From an uncultured bacterium (GTDB taxonomy: Bacteria > Oederibacteriota > JAAXVQ01 > JAUVAV01), in NCBI GenBank assembly GCA_963710755.1, contig CAVQBK010000007.1, positions 32,001 through 96,000 on the forward strand: a stretch of 64,000 nt of DNA, written 5' to 3'. Shown here piece by piece: positions 38,472 through 48,208 of this stretch. Positions within the stretch are counted from its first letter, which is position 1, and every line of letters begins with the position of its first letter. A model generated the notes under the pieces. It made no database searches, was not told the origin of the DNA, and was given only the letters and a program-made list of their open reading frames with translations. The translations under genes and the position numbers were made by a program.

Positions 38472-39962
38472 ATGACCAACAAGCAACGTGGGAAAGTGGT
38501 GGTGATCGGCGCCGGCCTGGGAGGACTTTCGGCCGCCATCTCGCTGGCCACCATAGGTTATGAGGTGGAGATCTTTGAAAAAAATGACAAAGTGGGCGGA
38601 AAACTCAACGTGATGAAAAAAGAAGGCTTTTCCTTTGATCTGGGTCCGTCCATTCTTACCCTGCCCCATTTTTTTCGCCGCTTGTGGGAGCGGGCCGGAA
38701 GACGCATGGAAGACGATGTACCCCTACAGCGTGTCAGCCCGCATTGGCGAAATATTTTTGAAGACGGCCGTGTGATCGACTTGTATTTCGAACCGGAAAA
38801 AATGGAAACGGAATTGCTCAAACTTGGCGATCGCCGTTTGGTCCGTCAATTCCGAGCATTTCTTGACTATGCTGGCGGGCAGTATGATTTGATTAATAGG
38901 GGATACTTTGAGCAGGGGTTGGACACCACCGCTGATTTTTCCTCTTACTACGATTTTAAATCCCTGCTGACCATGGATTATTGGCACAGTATGCACGGCA
39001 GCGTGCGCCGTTTTTTCAAAAATCCCTACCTGGTGGATATTTTTGATTATTTTATTAAATACGTCGGCTCTTCCGCTTACCGGGCGCCGGGGTTCATGAA
39101 CCTCATGCCTGTTATTCAATTTCGCTATGATCTGTGGTATGTCCAAGGCGGCATGTACAATCTGGCCCGCGGTCTGGAACGCCTGGCCCGCAGCCTGGGG
39201 GTGACTATTCACCTCAACAGTGAAGTCGTTAAAATTAACAAACAACCGGGCCGGGTGACCGGTCTGACCTTGGCCGACGGTGGGATCATAGAGGCTGGTA
39301 TTATTGTTTCCAATATGGAAGTCCTTCCAGCTTGCCGTGCCTTGCTGGATGAAGATCAGGCCTTCTTGAAAAAATTAAATAAATTTGAGCCGGCCTGTTC
39401 AGGGTTGGTGCTGCATTTGGGGACAGATAAAGTTTACCCGCAATTGGCCCATCACAATTTCATTTATTCCCGCAATCAAAGAGAGCATTTTAAAACTGTC
39501 TTCCAAAAGCATCGCATTCCCCAGGACCCTACCCTGTATGTGGTGGCCCCGTCGCGCACCGATTCCACGGTCTGTCCGCAAGGGGGTGACAACATCAAAG
39601 TACTGCCTCATATTCCTCATCTTGACCCCAATCACCCTACGACAGTCCAGGACTATCTTGAGCTGAAGGAAAGGGTATTGGATAAATTGGAGCGGATCGG
39701 CCTTAAGGATCTGAGACGTCATATCGTAGTGGAAGATATGTGGACACCCTATGATATTGAAAAAAACTACTATTCCAATCACGGCGCTATTTATGGGGTG
39801 GTTTCGGACCGCTTTAAAAACTTCGCCCTCAAAGCGCCCAAACAGAGCACGCGTTACAGCAATTTATATTTCGTGGGGGGCTCGGTCAATCCCGGCGGCG
39901 GTATGCCTATGGTTGTTTTATGCGGACAGAATGTGGCCAAGGACATCGCCGCCCATAGTTAA
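38472..39962 (+). CDS. crtP: 4,4'-diapolycopene/diaponeurosporene oxygenase (CrtP/CrtNb)
   Basis: GAGLGG, FDLGPSILT, YFIKYVGSS, GGSVNPGGGMPMV, which match CrtP-type signatures. Confidence 0.85.
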   Translation: MTNKQRGKVVVIGAGLGGLSAAISLATIGYEVEIFEKNDKVGGKLNVMKKEGFSFDLGPSILTLPHFFRRLWERAGRRMEDDVPLQRVSPHWRNIFEDGRVIDLYFEPEKMETELLKLGDRRLVRQFRAFLDYAGGQYDLINRGYFEQGLDTTADFSSYYDFKSLLTMDYWHSMHGSVRRFFKNPYLVDIFDYFIKYVGSSAYRAPGFMNLMPVIQFRYDLWYVQGGMYNLARGLERLARSLGVTIHLNSEVVKINKQPGRVTGLTLADGGIIEAGIIVSNMEVLPACRALLDEDQAFLKKLNKFEPACSGLVLHLGTDKVYPQLAHHNFIYSRNQREHFKTVFQKHRIPQDPTLYVVAPSRTDSTVCPQGGDNIKVLPHIPHLDPNHPTTVQDYLELKERVLDKLERIGLKDLRRHIVVEDMWTPYDIEKNYYSNHGAIYGVVSDRFKNFALKAPKQSTRYSNLYFVGGSVNPGGGMPMVVLCGQNVAKDIAAHS

Positions 39963-39988
39963 ACTTCCAGGAAAAAGGAGCCTGACCT

Positions 39989-40609
39989 ATGGATGGCTAT
40001 GATCTTTTGATACTGGTCGTGACCGGGACGGTGCTGGGACGCTTCTTAGTCCATATCATTGGCTTGCGGCAGCGTGGACTTAAAATCAATCATCTGGGCT
40101 ATAAGAAACAAGGCCTGCCGCGCCTGGTGGAAATCGCGATTCTACCCTTGGCGATGCTGATGCTCATTGAGGTTGTCGCGCATGCCCTGTACCCTGATGT
40201 TCGCCAGGCCGGTTTATGGCCACTCGGGTCCTGGCACCAGGCAGCGGGTGCAGTGCTGTTGGTCGCGGCCTTGATACTCTTGTGGTTGACGCTGCGCCAT
40301 TTCGGTCCCTCTTACCGACTGGGTGTAGACCATACCAACCCCGGCGCCTTGGTACGAAAGGGCGTTTTTGCCTATTCCCGGAATCCCATCTACCTCGGTT
40401 TGGACAGCTTGTTTGCAGGCTGCTTTCTGATTTACCCCAATTGGTTTTTCTTTTTCATGATGATCGGCGCCTGCTTGACCATGCATTTCATGATCTTAAG
40501 TGAAGAACGGGCCTTGAAGGTGCTTTATGGCCAGGCTTATTTGGATTACCAAAAAGCGGTTCCCCGCTATCTGGGGTTGACCCTATTAAAAAAAGGGGGC
40601 CGGCCATGA
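39989..40609 (+). CDS. ICMT/PEMT-family integral membrane methyltransferase
   Basis: Multi-TM; LVRKGVFAYSRNPIYLG, EE-x2-L-x3-YG-x2-Y-x2-Y-x3-VPRY. Confidence 0.85.
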   Translation: MDGYDLLILVVTGTVLGRFLVHIIGLRQRGLKINHLGYKKQGLPRLVEIAILPLAMLMLIEVVAHALYPDVRQAGLWPLGSWHQAAGAVLLVAALILLWLTLRHFGPSYRLGVDHTNPGALVRKGVFAYSRNPIYLGLDSLFAGCFLIYPNWFFFFMMIGACLTMHFMILSEERALKVLYGQAYLDYQKAVPRYLGLTLLKKGGRP

Positions 40610-41697
40610 GCATGCTTATCGTGGTGGGCGCGGTGCTTTGGATTTTGGGCTGGTTGGTCCTTTGGAAACTGCCCGCTTGTCCCCGTACAATCCTGTCCTC
40701 AACACCGCCGGCGTTGTCCGTGATCATTCCCGCCCGCGATGAAGAGCGCAACTTGCAGCAGTTGCTGCCGTCCCTGTTTGGCCAGGGATTCCCTGCCCTG
40801 GAGGTGGTGGTGGTTGATGACGGCTCCGTAGATCGCACGGCCGTGGTTGCTGCTGGTCTGGGGGCCAAGGTGATTATTGCCAAACCTTTACCCTCCGGTT
40901 GGACCGGAAAAGCCTGGTCTTGTCAGCAGGGAGCCGACCAGGCCAAAGGAGAGGTGCTGCTCTTCTTAGATGCTGATACGCAGGTGGAAGCAGGTGGTTT
41001 GGCCCGTATGGTGGCCGCGCTGCAGGCTCGACCGGAGTTGGTGTCGATTGCGCCCTATCAGTTGGTGCCTACCTGGACAGAACAGGGGTCGGTTTTTTTT
41101 AATTTCATGCAGCTGGCTGGGATGCAAGCCTTTACGCTCTTGGGCCATCGGCTTAAGCCGGCAGGCATGTTTGGGCCTTGTTTTTTAGCCACCAAGGAAG
41201 ATTACCAAAGGGCAGGCGGCCATAAGGCCGCTGCCGGAGAGGTTCTGGAAAATTACGCCTTGGCGCGCGCGGCCATGTCCAAGGGCGTGGCCGTACGCTT
41301 GCTGGGCGGTCAGGGGGTACTGTCGGTGCGCCTCTATGGGACGGGGATCAAAGCCCTAGTCGCCGGCTGGACCAAATCTTTTTTAAACGGGGCCAACCGG
41401 ACCCCACCGCTGATCATGGCCATGCTTTGCTTATGGATATCGGGTATGATCATTGCACTAACCAGCTTGATGGTGGCGCTGCTGACCGGTTATGGTGCCG
41501 AAAACGCACTGATCCTTTATGCGCTTTACACGGGGCAATTGCTTTGGCAATTCAAGCGTCTCGGTTCTTATCGGGCCGTCACCGCTTTGTTCTATCCGGT
41601 GCCATTGCTGTTCTTTTTGGCGCTCTTTGCCAGGGCGGCATTATTGAAAAGGATGGGCAGGGCGGCAACATGGAAAGGAAGGGAGGTTGGGCTATAG
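40606..41697 (+). CDS. crtQ: GT2 glycosyltransferase, CrtQ-like (diapocarotenoate glucosyltransferase)
   Basis: IIPARDEE, VDDGS, GWTGKAWSC, FLDAD, FGPC, C-terminal TMs and WKGR. Confidence 0.78.
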   Translation: MSMLIVVGAVLWILGWLVLWKLPACPRTILSSTPPALSVIIPARDEERNLQQLLPSLFGQGFPALEVVVVDDGSVDRTAVVAAGLGAKVIIAKPLPSGWTGKAWSCQQGADQAKGEVLLFLDADTQVEAGGLARMVAALQARPELVSIAPYQLVPTWTEQGSVFFNFMQLAGMQAFTLLGHRLKPAGMFGPCFLATKEDYQRAGGHKAAAGEVLENYALARAAMSKGVAVRLLGGQGVLSVRLYGTGIKALVAGWTKSFLNGANRTPPLIMAMLCLWISGMIIALTSLMVALLTGYGAENALILYALYTGQLLWQFKRLGSYRAVTALFYPVPLLFFLALFARAALLKRMGRAATWKGREVGL

Positions 41698-41736
41698 AGA
41701 TGATGATGAACAAAAAATAAAAAAACGGAGGGTCAC

Positions 41737-42603
41737 ATGCGCAACCTAATGATGATGATGCTGATTTTGGCGGCAGTACTGATATGGAATAATCAAGCTG
41801 TCCGAGCCTTAGAAAATGAGGCTGCAAGCAGCACGGACGCCCTGTCTTGGCCAACTTTACGGGGAACCGTGGAAACAGGCTTTCTGGCCGTGCTGGACCA
41901 TCGTATTCAATTTGGCCAGGATGGGACCTATTTTTCTTATACCCGTGACGGCGGGCAGGATGTACTTTTTCCCTTTACACGACTCAGCCTGGATCTGCGG
42001 TTAAGTCCGAGAGATACGGTAGTGTTGCTCTATCAACCGCTCGATTTAATTACCCGTACCACCTTGCGGGAATCGATCGTGGTGGATAAGACAACGTTTA
42101 CTGCAGGCACACCCATGGAATTTCGTTATAGCTTTCCTTTTTACCGCATCAGCTATTTGTATGATTTTATTGCTGAAGAAGCCGATGAGTTGGCCTTGGG
42201 GTTATCGCTGCAGATCCGCAATACCAGTATTGAATTTTTAGCGCTCAATGGTGATCGCTTGGTGCGTAAATCCAATATCGGGCCTGTGCCGGTTATAAAA
42301 GTCCGGGGCCGTCATCAGTATGCTAACGGTACCTGGGTGGCCATGGAAGCCGATGGCTTTTACGCGCCCATTAGTTACCTCAATGGCAGTGATAATGAAG
42401 TGGTGGGGGCAATTTTGGACGCCAGTGTGCGCTACGGCTGGACCTTTGGCCGGGACGCCCAAGCGTTTATTAATTTGCGCTACCTGGGCGGCGGAGCAGT
42501 GGGGACCAGCACCAACGAACCGGCACCAAGTGACGGTTATACCAAGAATTGGTTGCATTTTCTGACGCTCAGTGTAGGCTTTAATTATACCTTGCGGCCA
42601 TAA
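41737..42603 (+). CDS. Exported protein, probable outer-membrane beta-barrel
   Basis: Signal peptide, alternating beta-strand pattern, C-terminal LSVGFNYTL. Confidence 0.65.
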   Translation: MRNLMMMMLILAAVLIWNNQAVRALENEAASSTDALSWPTLRGTVETGFLAVLDHRIQFGQDGTYFSYTRDGGQDVLFPFTRLSLDLRLSPRDTVVLLYQPLDLITRTTLRESIVVDKTTFTAGTPMEFRYSFPFYRISYLYDFIAEEADELALGLSLQIRNTSIEFLALNGDRLVRKSNIGPVPVIKVRGRHQYANGTWVAMEADGFYAPISYLNGSDNEVVGAILDASVRYGWTFGRDAQAFINLRYLGGGAVGTSTNEPAPSDGYTKNWLHFLTLSVGFNYTLRP

Positions 42604-42621
42604 GCACGGTGGGGAGGGCTG

Positions 42622-44145
42622 TTACACTTTCAGGTTGTTGGTGAAAAACTGCACTTTATATTTTTTAGAGATAAGATTGGCGGTGATGCGGCCTGACTCA
42701 TAAATGGTGGGCAGGCCGCTGCCGGGATGAGTGCCGCCACCGACCAAATAACAATGGTTCAATTCCTCAAATTGGTTACGCGGTCTTAAGTAAAGCAGCT
42801 GGCTCAGTTGATGTCCCAGGTTGAACGTGGCACCTTTGTATATCCCATAAGTATCTTCCCAGTCCTGAGGCGTGATGATGATCTCCGCCTTAATATGCTG
42901 CTTAATATCCTTCATCACCGTGCGCTCCGCAATGGTGCTGAGCACCAATTCACGGTACTCTTCCTTTTCTTTGGCCCAGTCTACCGGGGCAAAGCGATTG
43001 GGAGTGGGCACCAAAATATACACGGCCGATTGACCCTTAGGGGCCAGGGTGGGATCGGTAACACTGGCATTGCGGATATAGATGCTCATGTCTTTTGACA
43101 GCACTTTGTTTTTAAAGATATCATCCACATTTTGTCGGTACTTTTTGGAAAAACTGATGGTGTGGTGGGGCAGGTCGTAAAGTTTGTCCAATCCCAGGTA
43201 AAGCATGAAAGTGGAACAGGAAAAATGCTTTTTTTCCAACTTGGGTTTGCTCCATCTCGACAGAATTCCATCGGGAACCAACGTGGTCATGGCATGAGCA
43301 AAGTCGGCGTTGATAATCACTTCATCAGCGGTAATAGTCTCGCCGTTTTCCAACACCACGCCCTTCACCTTCCTGCCTTGCAGCTGCAAGGTTTTTACCG
43401 GTGTATTCAGATGAATCTCAGCGCCCTGGCTTTGAGCCACTTTGGCCATGGCGTCTGAAATGGCACTCAAGCCGCCTTCGGTATGATAAATGCCGTAAGC
43501 ATGTTCAATTATGGACAGCATGGCAAACAATCCCGGACAATCCCAGGGCGACATGCCCAAATATTTAGCCTGGAAGGTAAAGGCAATGCGTAATTTTTCA
43601 GGCAGGAAATAATCACCGAGTACGTTGATCAAACTGCGGCCGGCCGCCAAATAGGGAATAGCTTTGAGAAGATCGCGGGAAAACATTTTGGAAATAGTTG
43701 CATAGTCTTTTTGCAGACAGGGGTAGAGTTTTTCAAAACGGATCATCTCTTTGCGGTAATAATTATGCAGCCCTTTTTCTTCGCCCGGGAAATGGCGGGC
43801 AATTTGACTGGCCATTTGTTGCTGGTCCGTGGTGGGCTCGATGGTCATATCGTCAAATTGCAGACGGTACATGGGGTCGAGCCGGGTAAACTTAAGGTAG
43901 TCTTCACTTTTGCTGCCGGCTTCGATAAACACTTCATCCAAGATCTGCCTCAGCATTAAAAAGGTGGGCCCTGTATCGAATTTGAAGCCATTCACCTCAA
44001 GGGCGGCATTACGCCCGCCAACTCGGTCTTTTTTTTCAAACACCGTGACTTTGAAACCCCGTTTGGCCAGAAGCATGGCGCTGGTCAGCCCACCGGGACC
44101 GGCGCCGATGACCACGATATGTTTGGAAGAAGAGTATCTGTTCAA
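42622..44145 (-). CDS. crtN: 4,4'-diapophytoene desaturase (CrtN, CrtI family)
   Basis: GAGPGG, FDTGPTF, FQAKYLGMSPW, GGGTHPGSGLPTIYES; TTG start. Confidence 0.82.
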   Translation of the reverse strand: MNRYSSSKHIVVIGAGPGGLTSAMLLAKRGFKVTVFEKKDRVGGRNAALEVNGFKFDTGPTFLMLRQILDEVFIEAGSKSEDYLKFTRLDPMYRLQFDDMTIEPTTDQQQMASQIARHFPGEEKGLHNYYRKEMIRFEKLYPCLQKDYATISKMFSRDLLKAIPYLAAGRSLINVLGDYFLPEKLRIAFTFQAKYLGMSPWDCPGLFAMLSIIEHAYGIYHTEGGLSAISDAMAKVAQSQGAEIHLNTPVKTLQLQGRKVKGVVLENGETITADEVIINADFAHAMTTLVPDGILSRWSKPKLEKKHFSCSTFMLYLGLDKLYDLPHHTISFSKKYRQNVDDIFKNKVLSKDMSIYIRNASVTDPTLAPKGQSAVYILVPTPNRFAPVDWAKEKEEYRELVLSTIAERTVMKDIKQHIKAEIIITPQDWEDTYGIYKGATFNLGHQLSQLLYLRPRNQFEELNHCYLVGGGTHPGSGLPTIYESGRITANLISKKYKVQFFTNNLKV

Positions 44146-44262
44146 ACTGTCACCGCCTTGGATAGAGGTGAAGCGCAGCTTGCCTTCGCTCCTTTAAAGA
44201 CGCTTTATCATAGCAAAAACGGAACAAATACCCAACCTCAAGTTGATGAAGACGCCGAAAAT

Positions 44263-45702
44263 CTAAATGCCTTTGTAAGCAGCCAAAGCTTCCTGGCGGG
44301 CTTGTTGATGATCAACCACCGGCCGGGGATAATGCTTGCCCAGCACCACCCCGGCCTGATGCAGGACGGACGCTGGAGCGCGCCAGGGATGGTGCAGCCA
44401 AGGCAGAGGCAGCCTTTCCAACTCCGGCAGCCATCGCCGGATATAGGTGCCATGGGGGTCGAATTTTTGGCTCTGGGTGGCGGGATTGAATATCCTGAAA
44501 AAGGGCGCTGCATCAGGCCCACATCCTGCCGTCCATTGCCATCCCAGGGTATTGTTGGGCAGATCAGCATCTACCAGATGCTGCCAGAACCAGCGGGCAC
44601 CGGCCTGCCAGGGTTGCATGAGATCCTTGGTTAAAAAGGAGGCTACCACCAACCGTACCCGGTTATGCATGAAGCCTGTGGCCAACAGTTCTCTCATGCC
44701 CGCATCCACCAAAGGATAGCCGGTTTGGCCCTGCTGCCAGGCCTGTAAAAAACGGTTGTTATTCTTCCATGGGAAAGCCCGGAAACGAGGATTGAGTGCT
44801 TGGTCACTGGTGTGGGGAAAAGCATGGAGCAGGTGATAGGCGAAGTCCCGCCAGTATAGCTGGCGGGAAAACGCGTTGATGCTATCGCCCACGTTGACGG
44901 AAGTCTGGGGTTTTTCTTGGTTAGCCACCTCATGCCAGAGGCTGCGCATGCTGATCTCGCCGAAATGCAAATGGGGTGACAAGCGTGAGGTGGCCAAAAT
45001 GGATGGGAAATCATGATCTTTGGCGTAAAGACACAGGCCTTGCCGGAGGAAACGGTTCAATTGCTTTCGGGCGCCGCGGCTGCCTGGCATCCAGTACGGC
45101 TGCAGACTGGGCCCCCTGGAAGGGGTCAACAGCCTAAGTTGGTCCAACTTGAGCCCCGAGGGCCAGCGCCCGGGTGCAGTCAGTATCCTTGGTTTGGGTG
45201 AGGGCTGAGGCAGAGATCCAAGGGCCAGGGCTTTGCGCCAAAAAGGGGTAAAGACTTTAAAGGGTGTGCCTTGAGCGGTGCTCAAGCTTTTCGGAGGGTG
45301 AAACAAGACATCATGAAAGCCCTGACACTGCCAGCCGGAAGCGCGCAAGCTTGTGACGAGCCGTTCATCAGCCTGTTGATCCAGCGGGTGGTAACGGTAG
45401 GTGAATAAAAGTGTTTTGCTGCCGGTGTTGGTGGATAGGGTTTTTAGAATTTTTAAAGGCTGGCCTTGAAACAGAAGCAGCCGCGAACCCATGGCTAAAA
45501 GGTCCTCAGCCAAAGCCTGCAGGCTATGGTGGAGCCACCAGCGCGAGGCCGGACCAGGTGACCAGGGATCATGACCATTGACCGTCCAAATGAAAAGCGG
45601 GATCACCGGCCGGCCCGTAGCCCGGCTGGCCAGCAAAGCCTGATGGTCGCTGACCCTCAGATCCTGGCGAAACCATAATAACGCAGGGGTCTTGTCAGCC
45701 AT
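44263..45702 (-). CDS. phrB: CPD DNA photolyase
   Basis: WFRQDLR, TSRLSPHLHFG, WRDF, TGYPLVDAGMR, MHNRVR, NNTLGWQW. Confidence 0.95.
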   Translation of the reverse strand: MADKTPALLWFRQDLRVSDHQALLASRATGRPVIPLFIWTVNGHDPWSPGPASRWWLHHSLQALAEDLLAMGSRLLLFQGQPLKILKTLSTNTGSKTLLFTYRYHPLDQQADERLVTSLRASGWQCQGFHDVLFHPPKSLSTAQGTPFKVFTPFWRKALALGSLPQPSPKPRILTAPGRWPSGLKLDQLRLLTPSRGPSLQPYWMPGSRGARKQLNRFLRQGLCLYAKDHDFPSILATSRLSPHLHFGEISMRSLWHEVANQEKPQTSVNVGDSINAFSRQLYWRDFAYHLLHAFPHTSDQALNPRFRAFPWKNNNRFLQAWQQGQTGYPLVDAGMRELLATGFMHNRVRLVVASFLTKDLMQPWQAGARWFWQHLVDADLPNNTLGWQWTAGCGPDAAPFFRIFNPATQSQKFDPHGTYIRRWLPELERLPLPWLHHPWRAPASVLHQAGVVLGKHYPRPVVDHQQARQEALAAYKGI

Positions 45703-46660
45703 GGTTACGTAACATCAATTCTTTAGGATGAGGGTTTAAATAGGACTGATCCAGTAAATAAGTAACTTCGTATTTCTGAAGATAATGTTTGAGCAATGTC
45801 AAGGGGACTACTAAGGGAATCAGCTGCTGGTGATAATCATCGATGACCGCCAATAGTGAGGCCTTGTCATCAGCAGATAACTCTTTTTTTAGATAACCCA
45901 GCATATGGGTGAGTACATTGGTGTGTTTTTTGACGGTGGCTTTTAGCTCCAAGGCTTCCATAAAGAGGCTGCTATAGGCGGTTTGGAAGGTCTGGGGCGT
46001 ATGCGTTTTAACGGACGCCACCAGGCTGCCCAATTTTTGATAATGGCTGGGACTGTGGCTCATGAGCAGAAGTTTTTGGCGGGTATGAAAGGCCACAACC
46101 ACGCCGCGGGTGAAGGGCTGGTGCCATAACTGTTGCAAACGGTGATAGGCAAAGATGCGCTCGATGAAATTTTCCCTTAAGACCGGATCATGGAGGCGGC
46201 CTTCGTCCTCCACCGGGATCAGAGGAAAGCGTTCCATGAATTGGCGGGCAAACAGACCGGGGCCTTTGGCCGCCACCTGGCCGGCGTTATTATAGATCTT
46301 GACCCGGTCCATGCCCGAACTGGGCGACTTGCTCTTGAAGATAAACCCGTCCAGGTTGACCAGACCATCTAGTCGTCGGGTGGCGTAAGCCAGCATGGCG
46401 TCAGTCCAATCGTGGCCGCTGCGAATGCCTTTCAGCCGGGAATGGTCGGCGGCGCCCACCAGACGTACCGCCTCCCTGGGGATGCCCATACCCACTTCCA
46501 CTTCCGGGCAAACGGGTACCCAGTCCACATAGGGACCCAACGTATCAGTGAGATAAGGATCCCACTTATGGCCGCCGTCATAGCGGACCTTTTCACCCAG
46601 CAGACAGGCACTGATGCCGAGCGTGATTTTTTCGGAAACAGCATCACCAAGACCGTTCAT
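45695..46660 (-). CDS. ybgA: DUF523-DUF1722 fusion (YbgA / TudS-domain desulfidase)
   Basis: GISACLLGEKVRYDG, CPEVE, KSPSSG, FH...KLLLM, HMLGY; overlaps the phrB start. Confidence 0.9.
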   Translation of the reverse strand: MNGLGDAVSEKITLGISACLLGEKVRYDGGHKWDPYLTDTLGPYVDWVPVCPEVEVGMGIPREAVRLVGAADHSRLKGIRSGHDWTDAMLAYATRRLDGLVNLDGFIFKSKSPSSGMDRVKIYNNAGQVAAKGPGLFARQFMERFPLIPVEDEGRLHDPVLRENFIERIFAYHRLQQLWHQPFTRGVVVAFHTRQKLLLMSHSPSHYQKLGSLVASVKTHTPQTFQTAYSSLFMEALELKATVKKHTNVLTHMLGYLKKELSADDKASLLAVIDDYHQQLIPLVVPLTLLKHYLQKYEVTYLLDQSYLNPHPKELMLRNHG

Positions 46661-46983
46661 GACTAATCCTCCTGGAGTCAGTCATCACGATGGCCACATT
46701 ATGAGCTAAGGCCTGGTCAAAGGCAATAGGCAGTATGCAATTGACACCCGGGAAGGGTAATGGTAATTTCAACTGAGCCGGGAAGAAGTGGACGATAAGC
46801 ATGACATGACCAAAAAAATCAAATGGGCATACCCGGGCCTTATGCCTACCCTTTGAAGGACAAGGGGTAGGCAGTTGTTGCCCGCGAGACGGCCGAGGCG
46901 GAGTAGAGGTGGAAAAAATCTTTATTGTCAAACCAGTTAATTTAAGCTAAAACCTTAAAGAAATAAAATTGAGGAGGATGATC

Positions 46984-47508
46984 ATGAGTGAAGCCTTTAT
47001 AGTCGATGCTTTGAAAACTGCTCTGGATTTCGAAGAAAAAGGCCGTAATTTTTATACCAAGACCGCGGCAACGGTGACCGATCCGCTGAGTCAAAAGTTG
47101 TTTCAGACGCTGGCCTCCGATGAAGTCAAACATGCTGAAAAAATTAATGCCATTTATCAAGCTTTGTCCAAAGATCAACCGCTGCCCGAGGGCAATCCCG
47201 TACATCAAGCCCATTTGGAAGAACATGTGAAAGCCTTTTTTGAAGACCACAAAAGCGCCTTGAGCAAAGGCGCAAGCAATCTGGAAGGCTACGAGTTTGC
47301 CATGGAAATGGAAAAAACCGGTATTGACATGTATGAGAAATTTGCCGGCCAAACAGAGCATGAAGGCGAACGGACCTTTTACCAATTCCTAATTAAAGAA
47401 GAACGGGAACATCTGGAAGCTCTGAAAAATGTTTATTTTTTCCTTACCGATTCGGGAGACTGGTTGCAGGAAGACGAAAGCAAGCACTGGAATTGGATGA
47501 ACCTTTAA
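46984..47508 (+). CDS. Rubrerythrin/ferritin-like diiron protein
   Basis: Two E...FY/MY...E-x2-H repeats (DEVKH, EEREH); GAGGAGG RBS. Confidence 0.85.
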   Translation: MSEAFIVDALKTALDFEEKGRNFYTKTAATVTDPLSQKLFQTLASDEVKHAEKINAIYQALSKDQPLPEGNPVHQAHLEEHVKAFFEDHKSALSKGASNLEGYEFAMEMEKTGIDMYEKFAGQTEHEGERTFYQFLIKEEREHLEALKNVYFFLTDSGDWLQEDESKHWNWMNL

Positions 47509-47565
47509 TTTCAATCATGATCTGCTATCAACATCGATGCTGTTTACCAAAAATCAGAGGACTGT

Positions 47566-48132
47566 ATGCCTGAACCGGGAAGACCGAAAAAACAAACCAT
47601 CTATACTGTGGGGCACGGGGAGCGTTCCTATAGTGAATTGCTCTCGCTCCTGCGCAAAGAGGGCATACAAATTTTAGCGGACATCCGGTCCGTGGTGCGG
47701 GTGAAAAATGCGACCCATTTCAGCAAGGATTACTTGGCTGACAAATTGCCCACCAGCGGCATTACTTATCACCACTTGAAGGATTTGGGCGCCCGGGGCC
47801 GCAAAAGTCTGCGCCGATCTCCCAACACCGGGCTATCCAAAGCTCAGCAAGGCTATGCGGACTATATGCTGACCGAGGAATTTGAACGTGCCCTGATGCA
47901 GCTGCTGGCCCTGTCTTCCATTGGCCTGGTGGCGATACTCAGCGCTGAAAAGGACCCCGGTTCCGGGCATCAGCGTTTTCTGTCAGACGCCTTGGCTGCC
48001 CGGGGGGTCAAGGTGATCCACCTTATTGACATGGATACCAAACTTGAACATCATCTCCCGGCCAGGATTGAAATAAAAAAAAATAAAATCATCTATCCCG
48101 CCCCAGGGGAGCAACTAAGCCTGTTCGATTAA
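47566..48132 (+). CDS. DUF488 family protein
   Basis: IYTVGH, LADIRS, LGARG, YADYM, SDAL. Confidence 0.8.
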   Translation: MPEPGRPKKQTIYTVGHGERSYSELLSLLRKEGIQILADIRSVVRVKNATHFSKDYLADKLPTSGITYHHLKDLGARGRKSLRRSPNTGLSKAQQGYADYMLTEEFERALMQLLALSSIGLVAILSAEKDPGSGHQRFLSDALAARGVKVIHLIDMDTKLEHHLPARIEIKKNKIIYPAPGEQLSLFD

Positions 48133-48208
48133 CATTGTCCTTTTTAATTTTCACTCAACTTTGCCGGTGCAAGCCGCCGGCGTCCAGTCCCAAAGGAGCG
48201 CGTTGCCG

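Noticed and set aside
35269-46660. crtM/squalene synthase or crtO in the carotenoid locus
   Set aside because: No DxxxD prenyl-synthase or CrtO-like ORF was found; the first committed step must be encoded elsewhere, if present.
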